DNA of 32,000 bases, taken from NCBI GenBank assembly GCA_005777185.1, contig SXNL01000208.1, forward strand, positions 1-32,000, given 5' to 3'. Shown here in pieces: positions 1-10,094 of this stretch (position 1 is the first letter of the stretch; each line of letters opens with the position of its first letter). This stretch comes from Myxococcales bacterium (GTDB lineage Bacteria > Myxococcota_A > Polyangia > Polyangiales > Polyangiaceae). Made by a program: the position numbers and the translations under genes. The notes beneath the pieces are model-generated. The model had not been told where the DNA came from and did not search any database. It was given only the letters and a program-made list of their open reading frames with translations.

Positions 1-789
1 GATCTTCGTGAAGATCCCGCCCGCGATGCGGAGGGCGGAGGCGCCGAGCGATTCGCCGATGGCGAAGCCGATGAAGCACGGCCCCGCGTACTCACCGGGG
101 ATGAAGAGGAGGATGCCGAGCATCAGGATGAGCTCGACGGAGATGAGGAGCATGCCGATGCTCATGCCGGCCTTGAGCGGGATGGCGTACGTCGGGAAGG
201 GCTTGCCCTTGAGCGAGGCGAACGCCGTGCGCGAGTTCGCGAACGTGTTGACCCGGATGCCGAACCACGCGACCGCACAGCTCCCGGCGATGCCGACGAG
301 GCTGAACAGGAGGATGATGGCGACCTGGAAGGCCTTTCCCTCGGCGAAGTAGTGCTCCGCGATGCCGAAGTAGTAGACGATGATCGCGCCGATGAAGAGC
401 TCGAGGATGGCGATGAACTTGATCTGCGTGACGAGGTACGTCTTGCACGTCTCGTAGATGAGCTCGCTGATCTCGAGCATCGACTTGTGAACGGGCGCGT
501 CCTGCAGCTGCTTGTAGATCACGCCGGCGAGCGCCATCCCGAGCAGGGAGACGAGGATGCCGGCCATCAGCAGCGTCGAGCCCGGCGTGCCGCCGAAGAA
601 GCTGGCGATGGCGGGATCGCCCAGCTTCGGCACGATGAGGTTGGCCTCGCCGCCTCCCGTGTGCGCGGTGGCGACCGGGGCGGCGGTCTCCGTGGCCCAC
701 GCGGGCAGCGCGAAGAAGACGAACAGGGCGGAGCTCAGGGCCTTGAGGGCGAGCCTCTGGCCCCAGGCGTTGGCTTTCGCGAGACTCAT
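1..789 (-). CDS. hppA: Membrane-bound proton/sodium-translocating pyrophosphatase, N-terminal 263 codons (3' part runs off the window)
   Basis: Not in the supplied ORF track because it is open to the window edge. Manual minus-strand translation from ATG 789-787 gives MSLAKANAWGQRLALKAL..., several hydrophobic helices (..KTYLVTQIKFIAILELFIGAIIVYYF.., ..VAIILLFSLVGIAGSCAVAWFGIRVNTFANSRTA..), and ends ..GFAIGESLGASALRIAGGIFTKI at position 1. That is the conserved M-PPase segment that normally continues ADIG/ADVG. A GGAGAGG Shine-Dalgarno sits 7 nt upstream of the ATG. Codons end in G/C almost throughout. Confidence 0.85.
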   Translation of the reverse strand, partial: MSLAKANAWGQRLALKALSSALFVFFALPAWATETAAPVATAHTGGGEANLIVPKLGDPAIASFFGGTPGSTLLMAGILVSLLGMALAGVIYKQLQDAPVHKSMLEISELIYETCKTYLVTQIKFIAILELFIGAIIVYYFGIAEHYFAEGKAFQVAIILLFSLVGIAGSCAVAWFGIRVNTFANSRTAFASLKGKPFPTYAIPLKAGMSIGMLLISVELILMLGILLFIPGEYAGPCFIGFAIGESLGASALRIAGGIFTKI

Positions 790-953
790 GACGATGGACC
801 TCTCCGAGTTGGTGGGGTGGGCGCCCGCCGGGAGTGGCGCGCGCGGTCACCCGCCGCTCGAGGGGTTGGCCGCCTGCCTTTGCAGACGCTTCAGCACGCC
901 TCGCTCCGCGCGGCACCCCGGAAAGTCCGGAGGATCCGCGAGAAGTGGCGCGG

Positions 954-982
954 CTCATACCAGGAATTTCGCACCGCGGCAA
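954..982 (-). promoter_or_regulatory. Candidate sigma70-type promoter for hppA (TTGCCG-N17-TATGAG on minus strand)
   Basis: Reverse complement of 977-982 is TTGCCG, followed by a 17-nt spacer, and the reverse complement of 954-959 is TATGAG. It lies about 165 nt upstream of the hppA ATG. Sequence match only. Confidence 0.25.
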
Positions 983-1075
983 TGGAGGGAACGTGCTGCC
1001 GTAACCAGCAGTAACAACTGAGCATTTTCGGCAAACGGCGGCAGTGGAGAGCGGACGACGGACCGCGAGCCGCCG

Positions 1076-2350
1076 TCACCACACGCCCGGGATCGCCTTC
1101 CACGGCACCTTCTTCTTGTACGCGACATAGTCCGGATCCTGGCTCAGGTGCCGCTCCTCCGTCCACGCCCGCAGGCCGTACCACCCGCAGGTGCACGCGA
1201 GGAAGAACGCGCTCTCGGGCGTCAGGTTCGGCAGGCGCTCGAGCCACCAGGCGATGCACTTGCACACGTAGGCGGGGTGGCGGATGAAGCGGTAGGGCCC
1301 CCGGGTGATGATCCCCCGGTTCGTGAGGTTCGAGAACTTGAGCCCGAAGGAGACCGTCGCCGAGGCGTAGATCGCGAAGAGCAGCACGATGCCCGCCTTG
1401 AGCACGAGCAGCCACGTCTCGCTCCGGATGATGGCGCTTCCACCGTTGATCGGCAGGTACGTGCCGAGGACGTTGTTGAAGGGCGGGTAGCACGTGACCG
1501 CCACGAGCCACCCGAACCCCGTGGGCTCGGCGCTCCTCGTCTTGTTCCCCAGGAAGCGCGACTCGGTCATGTAACCGAGGACCGCCACGCCGCAGTCGGT
1601 GATGAACACGAGATCGTAGGCCACGTCGAGCCCCCAGCGGACGTCGAGCGCGCTCCACCGGTGGGGCGACAGGAGCGAGGCGAGATCGGAGCCGTTCGGC
1701 AGGAGGGCCGGGAGCTTCTGCGACACCGCCGCCCACCACTCCTGAACGGTCGCCGTGGCCGGGAAAAGCAAGGGTTCCAACGCCTTGCGGCGTAGCCACG
1801 CGTTCGACACGGAGTTGAGGTGGCCCGACAGGAACGACACCATGAGCGGCGTGAAGAAGAACTTCACGCCCATCGACCGCAGCGTGTTGGTGATGCGTCG
1901 GTTCTTCCAGATGTGGAGGCTTCGCCTCCGCTTCTTCGACCCCTTCGGGACGCGCGGGTCCAGCGCCGCGACGATTCCCTGCCCCAGGAGGAGCAGGTGC
2001 AGGCCGATGTCGGTGAACCATAGCCGGCGCTCCGGAAAGCGCCGCAGGGCGGCCGCCATGTAGGGGAGGCCGAGGGCGAGCCAGACGACGAACACGCCGC
2101 GGTAGACCGGCCGCCACGGCGCGAAGAGGCCTCCCTGCCAGTAGGGGTGCCGGGTGTAGATCACGAAGACGAGCGTGAGGACGAGCGAGACCGCCGCCCA
2201 ACGGGCCGCGGCCCGCGTCCAGAGGCCGAGAGGCGCCCTGCGCGCGTGCGCCTCCTGGCCCGCCGCGACGGCGCGCGCGCGAACCGGCGGCTCCTCCTTC
2301 ACGTCGTCCAAGGCGCCGGTCATTGTCGAGAAGATCGGCGGAAATGTCAC
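1076..2350 (-). CDS. Polytopic membrane protein with C-terminal isoprenylcysteine carboxyl methyltransferase (ICMT/PEMT/Ste14-like) domain
   Basis: 424-aa ORF with many hydrophobic segments. The C-terminus carries ..NRGIITRGPYRFIRHPAYVCKCIAWWLE...GLRAWTEERHLSQDPDYVAYKKKV, which is the RHPxY...EE..L signature of ICMT/phospholipid methyltransferase-family enzymes. The start is uncertain: GTG at 2350 or ATG at 2323 (MTGALDD..). Confidence 0.7.
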   Translation of the reverse strand: MTFPPIFSTMTGALDDVKEEPPVRARAVAAGQEAHARRAPLGLWTRAAARWAAVSLVLTLVFVIYTRHPYWQGGLFAPWRPVYRGVFVVWLALGLPYMAAALRRFPERRLWFTDIGLHLLLLGQGIVAALDPRVPKGSKKRRRSLHIWKNRRITNTLRSMGVKFFFTPLMVSFLSGHLNSVSNAWLRRKALEPLLFPATATVQEWWAAVSQKLPALLPNGSDLASLLSPHRWSALDVRWGLDVAYDLVFITDCGVAVLGYMTESRFLGNKTRSAEPTGFGWLVAVTCYPPFNNVLGTYLPINGGSAIIRSETWLLVLKAGIVLLFAIYASATVSFGLKFSNLTNRGIITRGPYRFIRHPAYVCKCIAWWLERLPNLTPESAFFLACTCGWYGLRAWTEERHLSQDPDYVAYKKKVPWKAIPGVW

Positions 2351-2417
2351 GCCGCCCGAAATATCGCCCGATTCTCGCTACCGCGCCGCACGTGGCTGGT
2401 ACTATCGTCGGCGGCTC

Positions 2418-4496
<2,079 letters not shown>

Positions 4497-4497
4497 G

Positions 4498-6237
4498 ATG
4501 CGCCTCCTCGCCCGCGCCGCACTCGCCTCCCTCGGCCTCGCATGCCCGAGCGCCGCGGCGAGCGGCTGCGCCCGCGACGTGCCGCCCGCGAAGGCGCCGC
4601 CCGCGCAGGAGCCCACCCACGCCGTCTTCGACCGGGTGGTCCCGTCCGTGGTGGCCGTCCTCAACGATGATCACGATCTCCGCGAGGACGAGGTCAAGCG
4701 CGCCATGAAGGCGATCGGCGTCGGCCACGCTCCGAAGACCGTCGTCGACGTCTCGCTCCGCCGCGAGCCGACGCCGCACGGCACGGGCTTCATGATCGAG
4801 GGCGGCCACATCCTCACCGCGGCGCACGTCATCCAGACGCCCGACCGGCTCAAGGTCACGACGCGCGGAGGCCGGACGGTCGAGGTCGATCTCGTCCGCA
4901 TCGACGAGGTGCGCGACGTCGCGGTGCTCGCCCCGCGGGTCCCGCTGCCCGAGGTGCCGCCCCTCGCCCTCGATCAGGGTACCGCGCGCGTCGGGCGGAA
5001 GGTGTACGCGCTCGGTCACACCGGCGGCGGCCTCTGGGCGCTGTCCTGGGGCATCACCGAGGGCGTCACGAGCGGGGTCGTCGAGCTCCTCGGGGCCGAG
5101 CTCGTGCTGCACGACGCCGCTGTGTACCCCGGGTTCTCGGGGGGTCCCGTCCTCGTCGTCGGGGACGACCATGTCGTACGCGCGATCGGCGTCAACCACG
5201 CCATCCTGTTCACCGGCGGCGCCGCGCCCATCGCGACCATCTCGAGCGCCTCGTCGGTGAAGGACATCCGCGACGTGCTCGCGGCCAAGCCCGCGCCCAT
5301 CCAGGCCAAGCTCCACGCGTATGTGAAGGAGAAGAGCGCCGAGGCGCACGCCGAGCTCTTCCTCACCAGCAACCTCTCGGTCCACCGCGATCCCGAGACG
5401 CTGACGACCGCCGCGATCATGGGCAACAACCACACGATCGCCACGTCCGACGAGGCGCGCGTCCCGGTCGTGGCGATGCTGTTCGGTGTGCAGCCCGGCC
5501 TGAAGGAGGACGTCGAGTTCAGGGTCATCGATCCGGACGACCACCCTGTCGCGAGCCTCCGGCGCACGCTCTCCGTTCCCCGGCACGAGCGCATCGGGTT
5601 CGTGAGCGCCGACCTCCGGTTCTGGGCCAAGGAGCCCGGGCGCTACGAGATCCTCGCGTTCAAGAAGGGGGTCCAGATCGGTCACACCGACGTCATCGTG
5701 AGGGATCCCGACGACGACTCGAGCCCTCTCGCCGACGAGGGCGGCGACGTGGACGGCGGCGATCCCAAGGTGAACGTCGTCGTCGCCCAGGCGGGCGTCG
5801 CGAACCCGCTCACCCTCCTCGGCATCCGCGCGGGGTGGAGCGAGTGGCGTTACCCGCGCCGCGTCGCGTTCACCTGGTTCGCCCGCGGCTCGCGCGGCTG
5901 GACGGGGCAGAACGTCGCGATCAGCTCGTTCGTGCTCGACGAGGCGGGTGTGATCGTCGGTCGCGGCGTCGGTTGCATCCGGCCGGAGCTGAGGCCCGAG
6001 ATCACCTGGAGCTGCATGGGACAGGGCGGGACGCCGCTGCTCGGCGGCGCGGGGCGCTACGACATCGTGTTCGCCATCAACGACCGGCCGGTGGCCACGT
6101 GGCCGATGGAGGCCGTGGTCCGGGTGGACGGGCAGAACAGCGCGCTCGAGCGGTGGCTCGACGAGGTGAAGAAGGGCGGCGGCGTGCGAAAGCACGATCA
6201 CGGGCAGCCCAAGGCGGCGCCCGAAAAGAGGCGGTAG
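4498..6237 (+). CDS. Secreted or lipid-anchored trypsin-like (S1/DegP-type fold) serine protease with an uncharacterised C-terminal region of about 330 aa
   Basis: The ATG lies 1 nt after the kinase TAG stop. The N-terminal signal is MRLLARAALASLGLACPSAAASGC. The catalytic triad is in the canonical order and context: HILTAAHV (His), VRDVAVL (Asp), YPGFSGGPV (Ser, about 5131-5151). No PDZ motif is recognisable in the C-terminal half. Confidence 0.85.
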   Translation: MRLLARAALASLGLACPSAAASGCARDVPPAKAPPAQEPTHAVFDRVVPSVVAVLNDDHDLREDEVKRAMKAIGVGHAPKTVVDVSLRREPTPHGTGFMIEGGHILTAAHVIQTPDRLKVTTRGGRTVEVDLVRIDEVRDVAVLAPRVPLPEVPPLALDQGTARVGRKVYALGHTGGGLWALSWGITEGVTSGVVELLGAELVLHDAAVYPGFSGGPVLVVGDDHVVRAIGVNHAILFTGGAAPIATISSASSVKDIRDVLAAKPAPIQAKLHAYVKEKSAEAHAELFLTSNLSVHRDPETLTTAAIMGNNHTIATSDEARVPVVAMLFGVQPGLKEDVEFRVIDPDDHPVASLRRTLSVPRHERIGFVSADLRFWAKEPGRYEILAFKKGVQIGHTDVIVRDPDDDSSPLADEGGDVDGGDPKVNVVVAQAGVANPLTLLGIRAGWSEWRYPRRVAFTWFARGSRGWTGQNVAISSFVLDEAGVIVGRGVGCIRPELRPEITWSCMGQGGTPLLGGAGRYDIVFAINDRPVATWPMEAVVRVDGQNSALERWLDEVKKGGGVRKHDHGQPKAAPEKRR

Positions 6238-6243
6238 GCGGAC

Positions 6244-7488
6244 GTGGCCCGGGTGCGGCGCCGCCTCGAGCTGGTCGACCAACACCGCCCGGCGTACGTC
6301 GTGTGGGAGCTGACGCTCGCGTGCGACCAGCCCTGCACCCACTGTGGCTCCCGGGCGGGCGACGCGCGACCGAGCGAGCTGTCGACGGAAGAGGCGCTCG
6401 GCGTCGTGCGCGATCTCGCCGCGCTCGGCGCCGAGGAGGTGGCGCTCATCGGTGGCGAGGCCTACCTCCACCCCGGCTTCCTCGACGTCGTGCGGGCCAT
6501 CGTGGCGGCGGGCATCCGGTGCACGATGACGACCGGCGGGCGCGGGATCGACGCGCCGCTCGCGCGATCGATCGCGGCCGCAGGTATCTACAGCGTCTCC
6601 GTCAGCGTCGACGGCCTCGAGCCCACCCACGACCTCATGCGCGCCCGGCGCGGCAGCTTCCGCGCGGCCACCGGCGCGCTCCGCCACCTGGCGGAGGCCG
6701 GCGTTGCGATCACGGCGAACACGAACTTCAACCGCCTCAACCTCGCCGAGGTCGAGGCGCTCTACGACACGCTGAGGGCGCTCGGGATCGAGAGCTGGCA
6801 GGTGCAGATCACCGCGCCGCTCGGTCGCGCGGCGGACCGGGCCGACCTCATCCTCCAGCCGTGGGATCTCCTGGAGCTCCTCCCGCGTATCGCCGCCGTC
6901 AAGCGCCGCGCGTTCGACGACGGCATCCTGGTGATGCCCGGCAACAACCTCGGGTCTTTCGGGCCCGAGGAGGCGCTCCTCCGATCGGTCACGCGCGACG
7001 GGACCGACCACTTCCAGGGGTGCCTCGCGGGGCGCTGGCTCATGGGCATCGAGTCCAGCGGCGACGTGAAGGGGTGCCCCTCGCTCCAGAGCGCGCACTA
7101 CGTGGGCGGCAACCTGCGCACGCGCCCGCTGTCCGATATCTGGCGCGACGCGCCCGAGGTGGGCTTCACGCGCGCGCGAACGGTCGACGATCTGTGGGGC
7201 TTCTGCCGCACGTGTCCGTTCGCGGAGGTGTGCATGGGCGGATGTAGCTTCACGGCCCACTCGCTGCTCGGGAAGCCGGGCAACAACCCCTACTGCCACC
7301 ACCGCGCGCGCACGCTCGCGCGCGAGGGCAGGCGTGAGCGGCTCGTTCCCGTGCGCGCGGCGCCTGGCACCCCCTTCGACAGCGCGCTCTTCGACGTCGT
7401 GATCGAGCCGATCGACGCGCCAGACCCTGCCCCGCGCCGCCCGCTCGAGCTCGTCCAGCTCCGCCGAGCGCGGCCTGATGTCAAATAA
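6244..7488 (+). CDS. Radical SAM enzyme with C-terminal SPASM domain (PqqE/MftC/anSME-like peptide or protein maturase)
   Basis: GTG start 6 nt after the protease stop. The CxxxCxxC cluster is CDQPCTHC (6322-6345), followed by a GGE-like ALIGGEAYL. The C-terminal Cys-rich SPASM signature is ..GDVKGCPSLQ...WGFCRTCPFAEVCMGGCSFTAH...NPYCHH. G/C-ending codons throughout. Confidence 0.9.
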   Translation: MARVRRRLELVDQHRPAYVVWELTLACDQPCTHCGSRAGDARPSELSTEEALGVVRDLAALGAEEVALIGGEAYLHPGFLDVVRAIVAAGIRCTMTTGGRGIDAPLARSIAAAGIYSVSVSVDGLEPTHDLMRARRGSFRAATGALRHLAEAGVAITANTNFNRLNLAEVEALYDTLRALGIESWQVQITAPLGRAADRADLILQPWDLLELLPRIAAVKRRAFDDGILVMPGNNLGSFGPEEALLRSVTRDGTDHFQGCLAGRWLMGIESSGDVKGCPSLQSAHYVGGNLRTRPLSDIWRDAPEVGFTRARTVDDLWGFCRTCPFAEVCMGGCSFTAHSLLGKPGNNPYCHHRARTLAREGRRERLVPVRAAPGTPFDSALFDVVIEPIDAPDPAPRRPLELVQLRRARPDVK

Positions 7489-7642
7489 TGAATTCAAACG
7501 ATGTAGTCATTCGCATTTCGCTCGTTCAATGACGATTGTTTGACCCGGACCCGACGCCCGCCGATCGCAAAATACCGACAAAAACGGCGCGAAATGCTCG
7601 TTTCATCGAGCGGCTCGGAGAAACCTGTGGATAACCTTGTGG

Positions 7643-7704
7643 AAAAAATATTTGTTTGCCCATGCGTTTTTTTTCTTGCGAGGCAGGGCGACCTGTTGCA
7701 TAAA
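7643..7704 (+). promoter_or_regulatory. Candidate strong sigma70-type promoter: A/T-rich UP-like tract + TTGCGA-N17-CATAAA
   Basis: TTGCGA at 7676-7681, a 17-nt spacer, and CATAAA at 7699-7704. It is preceded by an A/T-rich tract (ggaaaaaatatttgtttgcccatgcgttttttttc). Direct count gives 22/60 G+C for 7621-7680, against a flanking background that is very GC-rich. A 9-bp inverted repeat (atgcgtttt 7662-7670 / aaaacgcat 7702-7710) brackets the core promoter. The -10 lacks the terminal T, so confidence is modest. Confidence 0.35.
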
Positions 7705-7710
7705 ACGCAT

Positions 7711-10036
7711 CACGAAGTTCGCGGCACATCTCCCGCGAGCTCTCGATCGTAGAAGCCACCGGGGCGCTGCGGTCGGGGTCGGGGTTTCACGGGCAACACC
7801 CGTGGGGCACCGGACCTGACCGGTCCTTCCAGACCTGCTTGGGACGTCAATTCCAGGCGGGCGAGGAGGAAGAAAGGCGCTCGTACTCCAACCCCACCAC
7901 GGCTTGCCGCGGCGGGGCGCTTGCAAGGCCCATCTCAAGCATGTCTCGCTCTGGACAGCGAGCATGTGGGCGGCGTGAGCGGGAGGCCGACCGGGGCGGC
8001 GCGCAGGAGCGATCCTTCGTGCCCGTCCTCGTCGCTTGTGGTGGAAGGCACCTCGGTGCTCTGGAAAGCGTCGCCCTTCGCGGGGCGCCGCCGGAAGGTG
8101 CACCTCGTCTGGCCTGCTCCACGCGTCGCATCATCTCCAAGTCGCGGCGCGAGAGACCATGCCAGAGACCCGGGTGTCCGGAGACCGCCAAGGAGGGGAA
8201 CCTTCGTCGGCCATCGCCATGCGATGGCAACCTGCGTGCGTCCGACAAACCGGTCGCGCATACGGTGACGGGTCCTTCGCTTGGTCCTCCGACCTTCACG
8301 CCTTTTCGCCGGGCATTTGCCTGGCCGACCAGGCGGTGTCGCACACGTCAAGCCACCTTCCGTGCGCGTCGGCGAAAGCCGCCGGGCGGGGCAGGTGGGG
8401 AAAACGGGAGCGAGGCCGTCCGCTCGAAGGCGCGTCGCCCACACGCGCGGAGCACTCCCGAAAGGGGGTCGCACCGAGCGTCCGAGAAGAGGGTCGCGGC
8501 CCTCGTCCCGTGGGGATTCATGAGCTCGATCGGGTAATGCCCGTAAGTCGTGTGATTGCAGAAACGAACAGGCGGCATCTGGCCTCAAATAAGCCCGCGA
8601 AACGCACCTCGAAAAAGGTGGCAGGCGCGAGTGAACGGTGGCCTAGCCGGTCTCCTTTTCCCCGGGCAACCAGGGGCGAGGGCATCGGCGAAACGATGTC
8701 CGGATGCTCACTCTGCGGCGGTTCCGCCTCGGAGTTCAGCAGAGGTTCCAGGCCAGCGTGACAAGCGTTGGCTGGCGGTCGGCTCATCGAGAGGTGCGCC
8801 GGTCGCGTGCCCCGCGTATCGTCTCCCCTCTCGAGGTGGCGGCGGTTTCGACGGGAGCATGTGAAGGGTCCCTGTTCGCGGAAGGTGTCTCGGTTCGCCA
8901 CAAGGCGTCCCCTTTTCACGAGGTGGCGCTGGCGGCGGGCTTGGCCGTCTCCCTCGTTTCGAGCTGCGCAGCCCTCCCGAAGGGGGTGGCGCAGAGTGGG
9001 TCGAGCGAAGGCTCCACCCCCTTGGGACGTAGGCGGGCCGGTGACGGAGGCATCAGAGGTTCGATCGCGCTGTCGCCGTGGGAACAACACGCCCACGCCT
9101 CCTGGGTCCCGGTTCGTCCGGCCCCGCGAGGATCTACGCTCCAGCGCAATCCACCGAAGCGTTCATCGTGGCGTGAAACCACGGTCTACCTCGGGTCCTC
9201 GCAAGAGGCGGCAAGTCATGCCCCAGAGCACGGCGGGTCGACATCCCGGGAACACACGAGATGCGGGTTTTCGTCATGACATGTCTGGATGGCAGAAGTC
9301 GGTCCGTGACATCCTGGCAGGCAACGCCCTCCGCGAAAGCGATGGGAAACGCGCCTGTCTAGCCCGAAGGAAGCCTCCCCCCCAGCTGACGCAGTGGGGC
9401 GAGCGCGGAGAGAGGGCGAATCGGTGTTGCTCGGCGGCGCTCTCGAGGCAACTCGAGACACGTCGACCTCTCAGGTGAGCGATCACCTGCGAGACGAGGC
9501 ACGACGGAAGGCACTCAGGTCGCACGTACGCGCTACCCTAAAAAGTTGGCGTGTGGCGACGGCCTCTATCTCGCGGTCAACGGCCCCTCCCCCGTCCCTC
9601 ACGGGATCTGCGGAGGATCGCCCAGCGATTCGGGTCGGCTTGGAGCCGAGCTCGGACGTGCCGCGGGACGAACACGAGTGTCAGAGGGCGGAGATACCCG
9701 GGTAACGGCTCGACAACGCTCCCAAAAAGGGCGACGGCGGGTCCGGCATCCTCGGCGCTGAAAAGGCGTCGGTGAGAGGTGCGCTGCGGGTGTGGTCGTC
9801 CGAAGCTGGCGATTCGCGAATAGCGACGCTGACCCCGCTTCCTCCCTATCCGCGCGAACGGATGGGTCGAAGGGCGGCATCCAACGGTGACGAGGATGCG
9901 TGCAGGCCGGAGAGCGGCCTCACGATTGTCCGATGGCTGGCTCCAGAGGCCAGACCGAGCGCGTAAAAGCACTCCCAGCGGAAAGCAACTTCTCTCGAGG
10001 GCGACCGGGTGACCGGCTTCGCCCTCGAGCTTTTTT
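7711..10036 (+). ncRNA. Candidate large (about 2.3 kb) structured non-coding RNA of unknown class; the 5' boundary is approximate
   Basis: There is no credible CDS. ORFs of at most 241 aa occur in all six frames and overlap one another. Their translations are Arg/Ser/Gly/Pro/Trp-rich with no motifs, and many codons end in A/T, unlike the neighbouring genes. The region is bounded by the promoter-like segment upstream and a strong + strand intrinsic terminator at 9994-10036. It holds many stable hairpins, several with GNRA loops: 8370-8381 (cggc GAAA gccg), 8455-8468 (GAAA), 8980-9023 (10-bp stem), 9441-9458 (7 bp, GCAA), 9472-9489 (7 bp, GCGA), 10005-10016 (GTGA). Confidence 0.35.
9994..10036 (+). 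terminator. Rho-independent terminator (+ strand)
   Basis: ctcgagggcga (9994-10004) pairs with tcgccctcgag (10019-10029), an 11-bp stem. It is extended by an inner ccgg-GTGA-ccgg stem-loop (10005-10016) and followed by c + TTTTTT (10031-10036). The opposite strand has no comparable T-run after the stem, so orientation is +. Confidence 0.8.
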
Positions 10037-10094
10037 GTGCGTGCGTCTGGGACGTCCACGCGGCCAGCCGGCCCGGCGTCCGATCCGTCGTGGG

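Noticed and set aside
7686-7701. sigma54-type promoter (GG-N10-GC spacing: agGGcgacctgtTGCAt)
   Set aside because: Only the GG and TTGCA parts match, and the TGGCAC core is absent (gGGCGA). The sigma70-like reading of the same DNA fits better.
7594-7752. 52-aa ORF (MLVSSSGSEKPVDNLVEKIFVCPCVFFLARQGDLL...) just downstream of the radical-SAM gene, as a possible precursor peptide
   Set aside because: It has no Shine-Dalgarno sequence, and its A/T-ending codons are unlike any real gene here. It overlaps the promoter-like A/T-rich tract and the inverted repeat. It is worth a glance in Ribo-seq data, but the sequence does not support it.
8176-8189. B12-box-like string gtccggagaccgcc (cobalamin riboswitch)
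   Set aside because: It is one base short of the B12-box spacing. No GCCACTG element or conserved upstream GGTG..AA..CC core is nearby, and no downstream gene exists to regulate.
9058-9066. GGTTCGATC T-loop-like motif (tRNA/tmRNA)
   Set aside because: The flanking bases do not form a T-stem, no acceptor stem or CCA context exists, and no tag-peptide reading frame is present.
8036-9478. One reading frame open for 481 codons with a single in-frame TGA (8759-8761): pseudogene or selenoprotein/read-through idea
   Set aside because: The other five frames in the same region are open for similar lengths (160-232 aa). Third-position GC is only modestly raised. The product is Arg/Ser/Gly/Trp-rich with no motif, and no SECIS-like context was recognised. 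This is consistent with GC-rich, TA-poor non-coding DNA.
7700-10040. Group II intron, retron or IS remnant as an explanation of the ORF-free island
   Set aside because: There is no reverse-transcriptase remnant (no YADD-type motif in any frame). There is no convincing 5' GUGYG plus 34-nt domain V (AGC triad, bulge, GNRA) near the 3' end. No terminal inverted repeats or target-site duplications are visible. The element ends in an intrinsic terminator, which introns and IS elements do not need.
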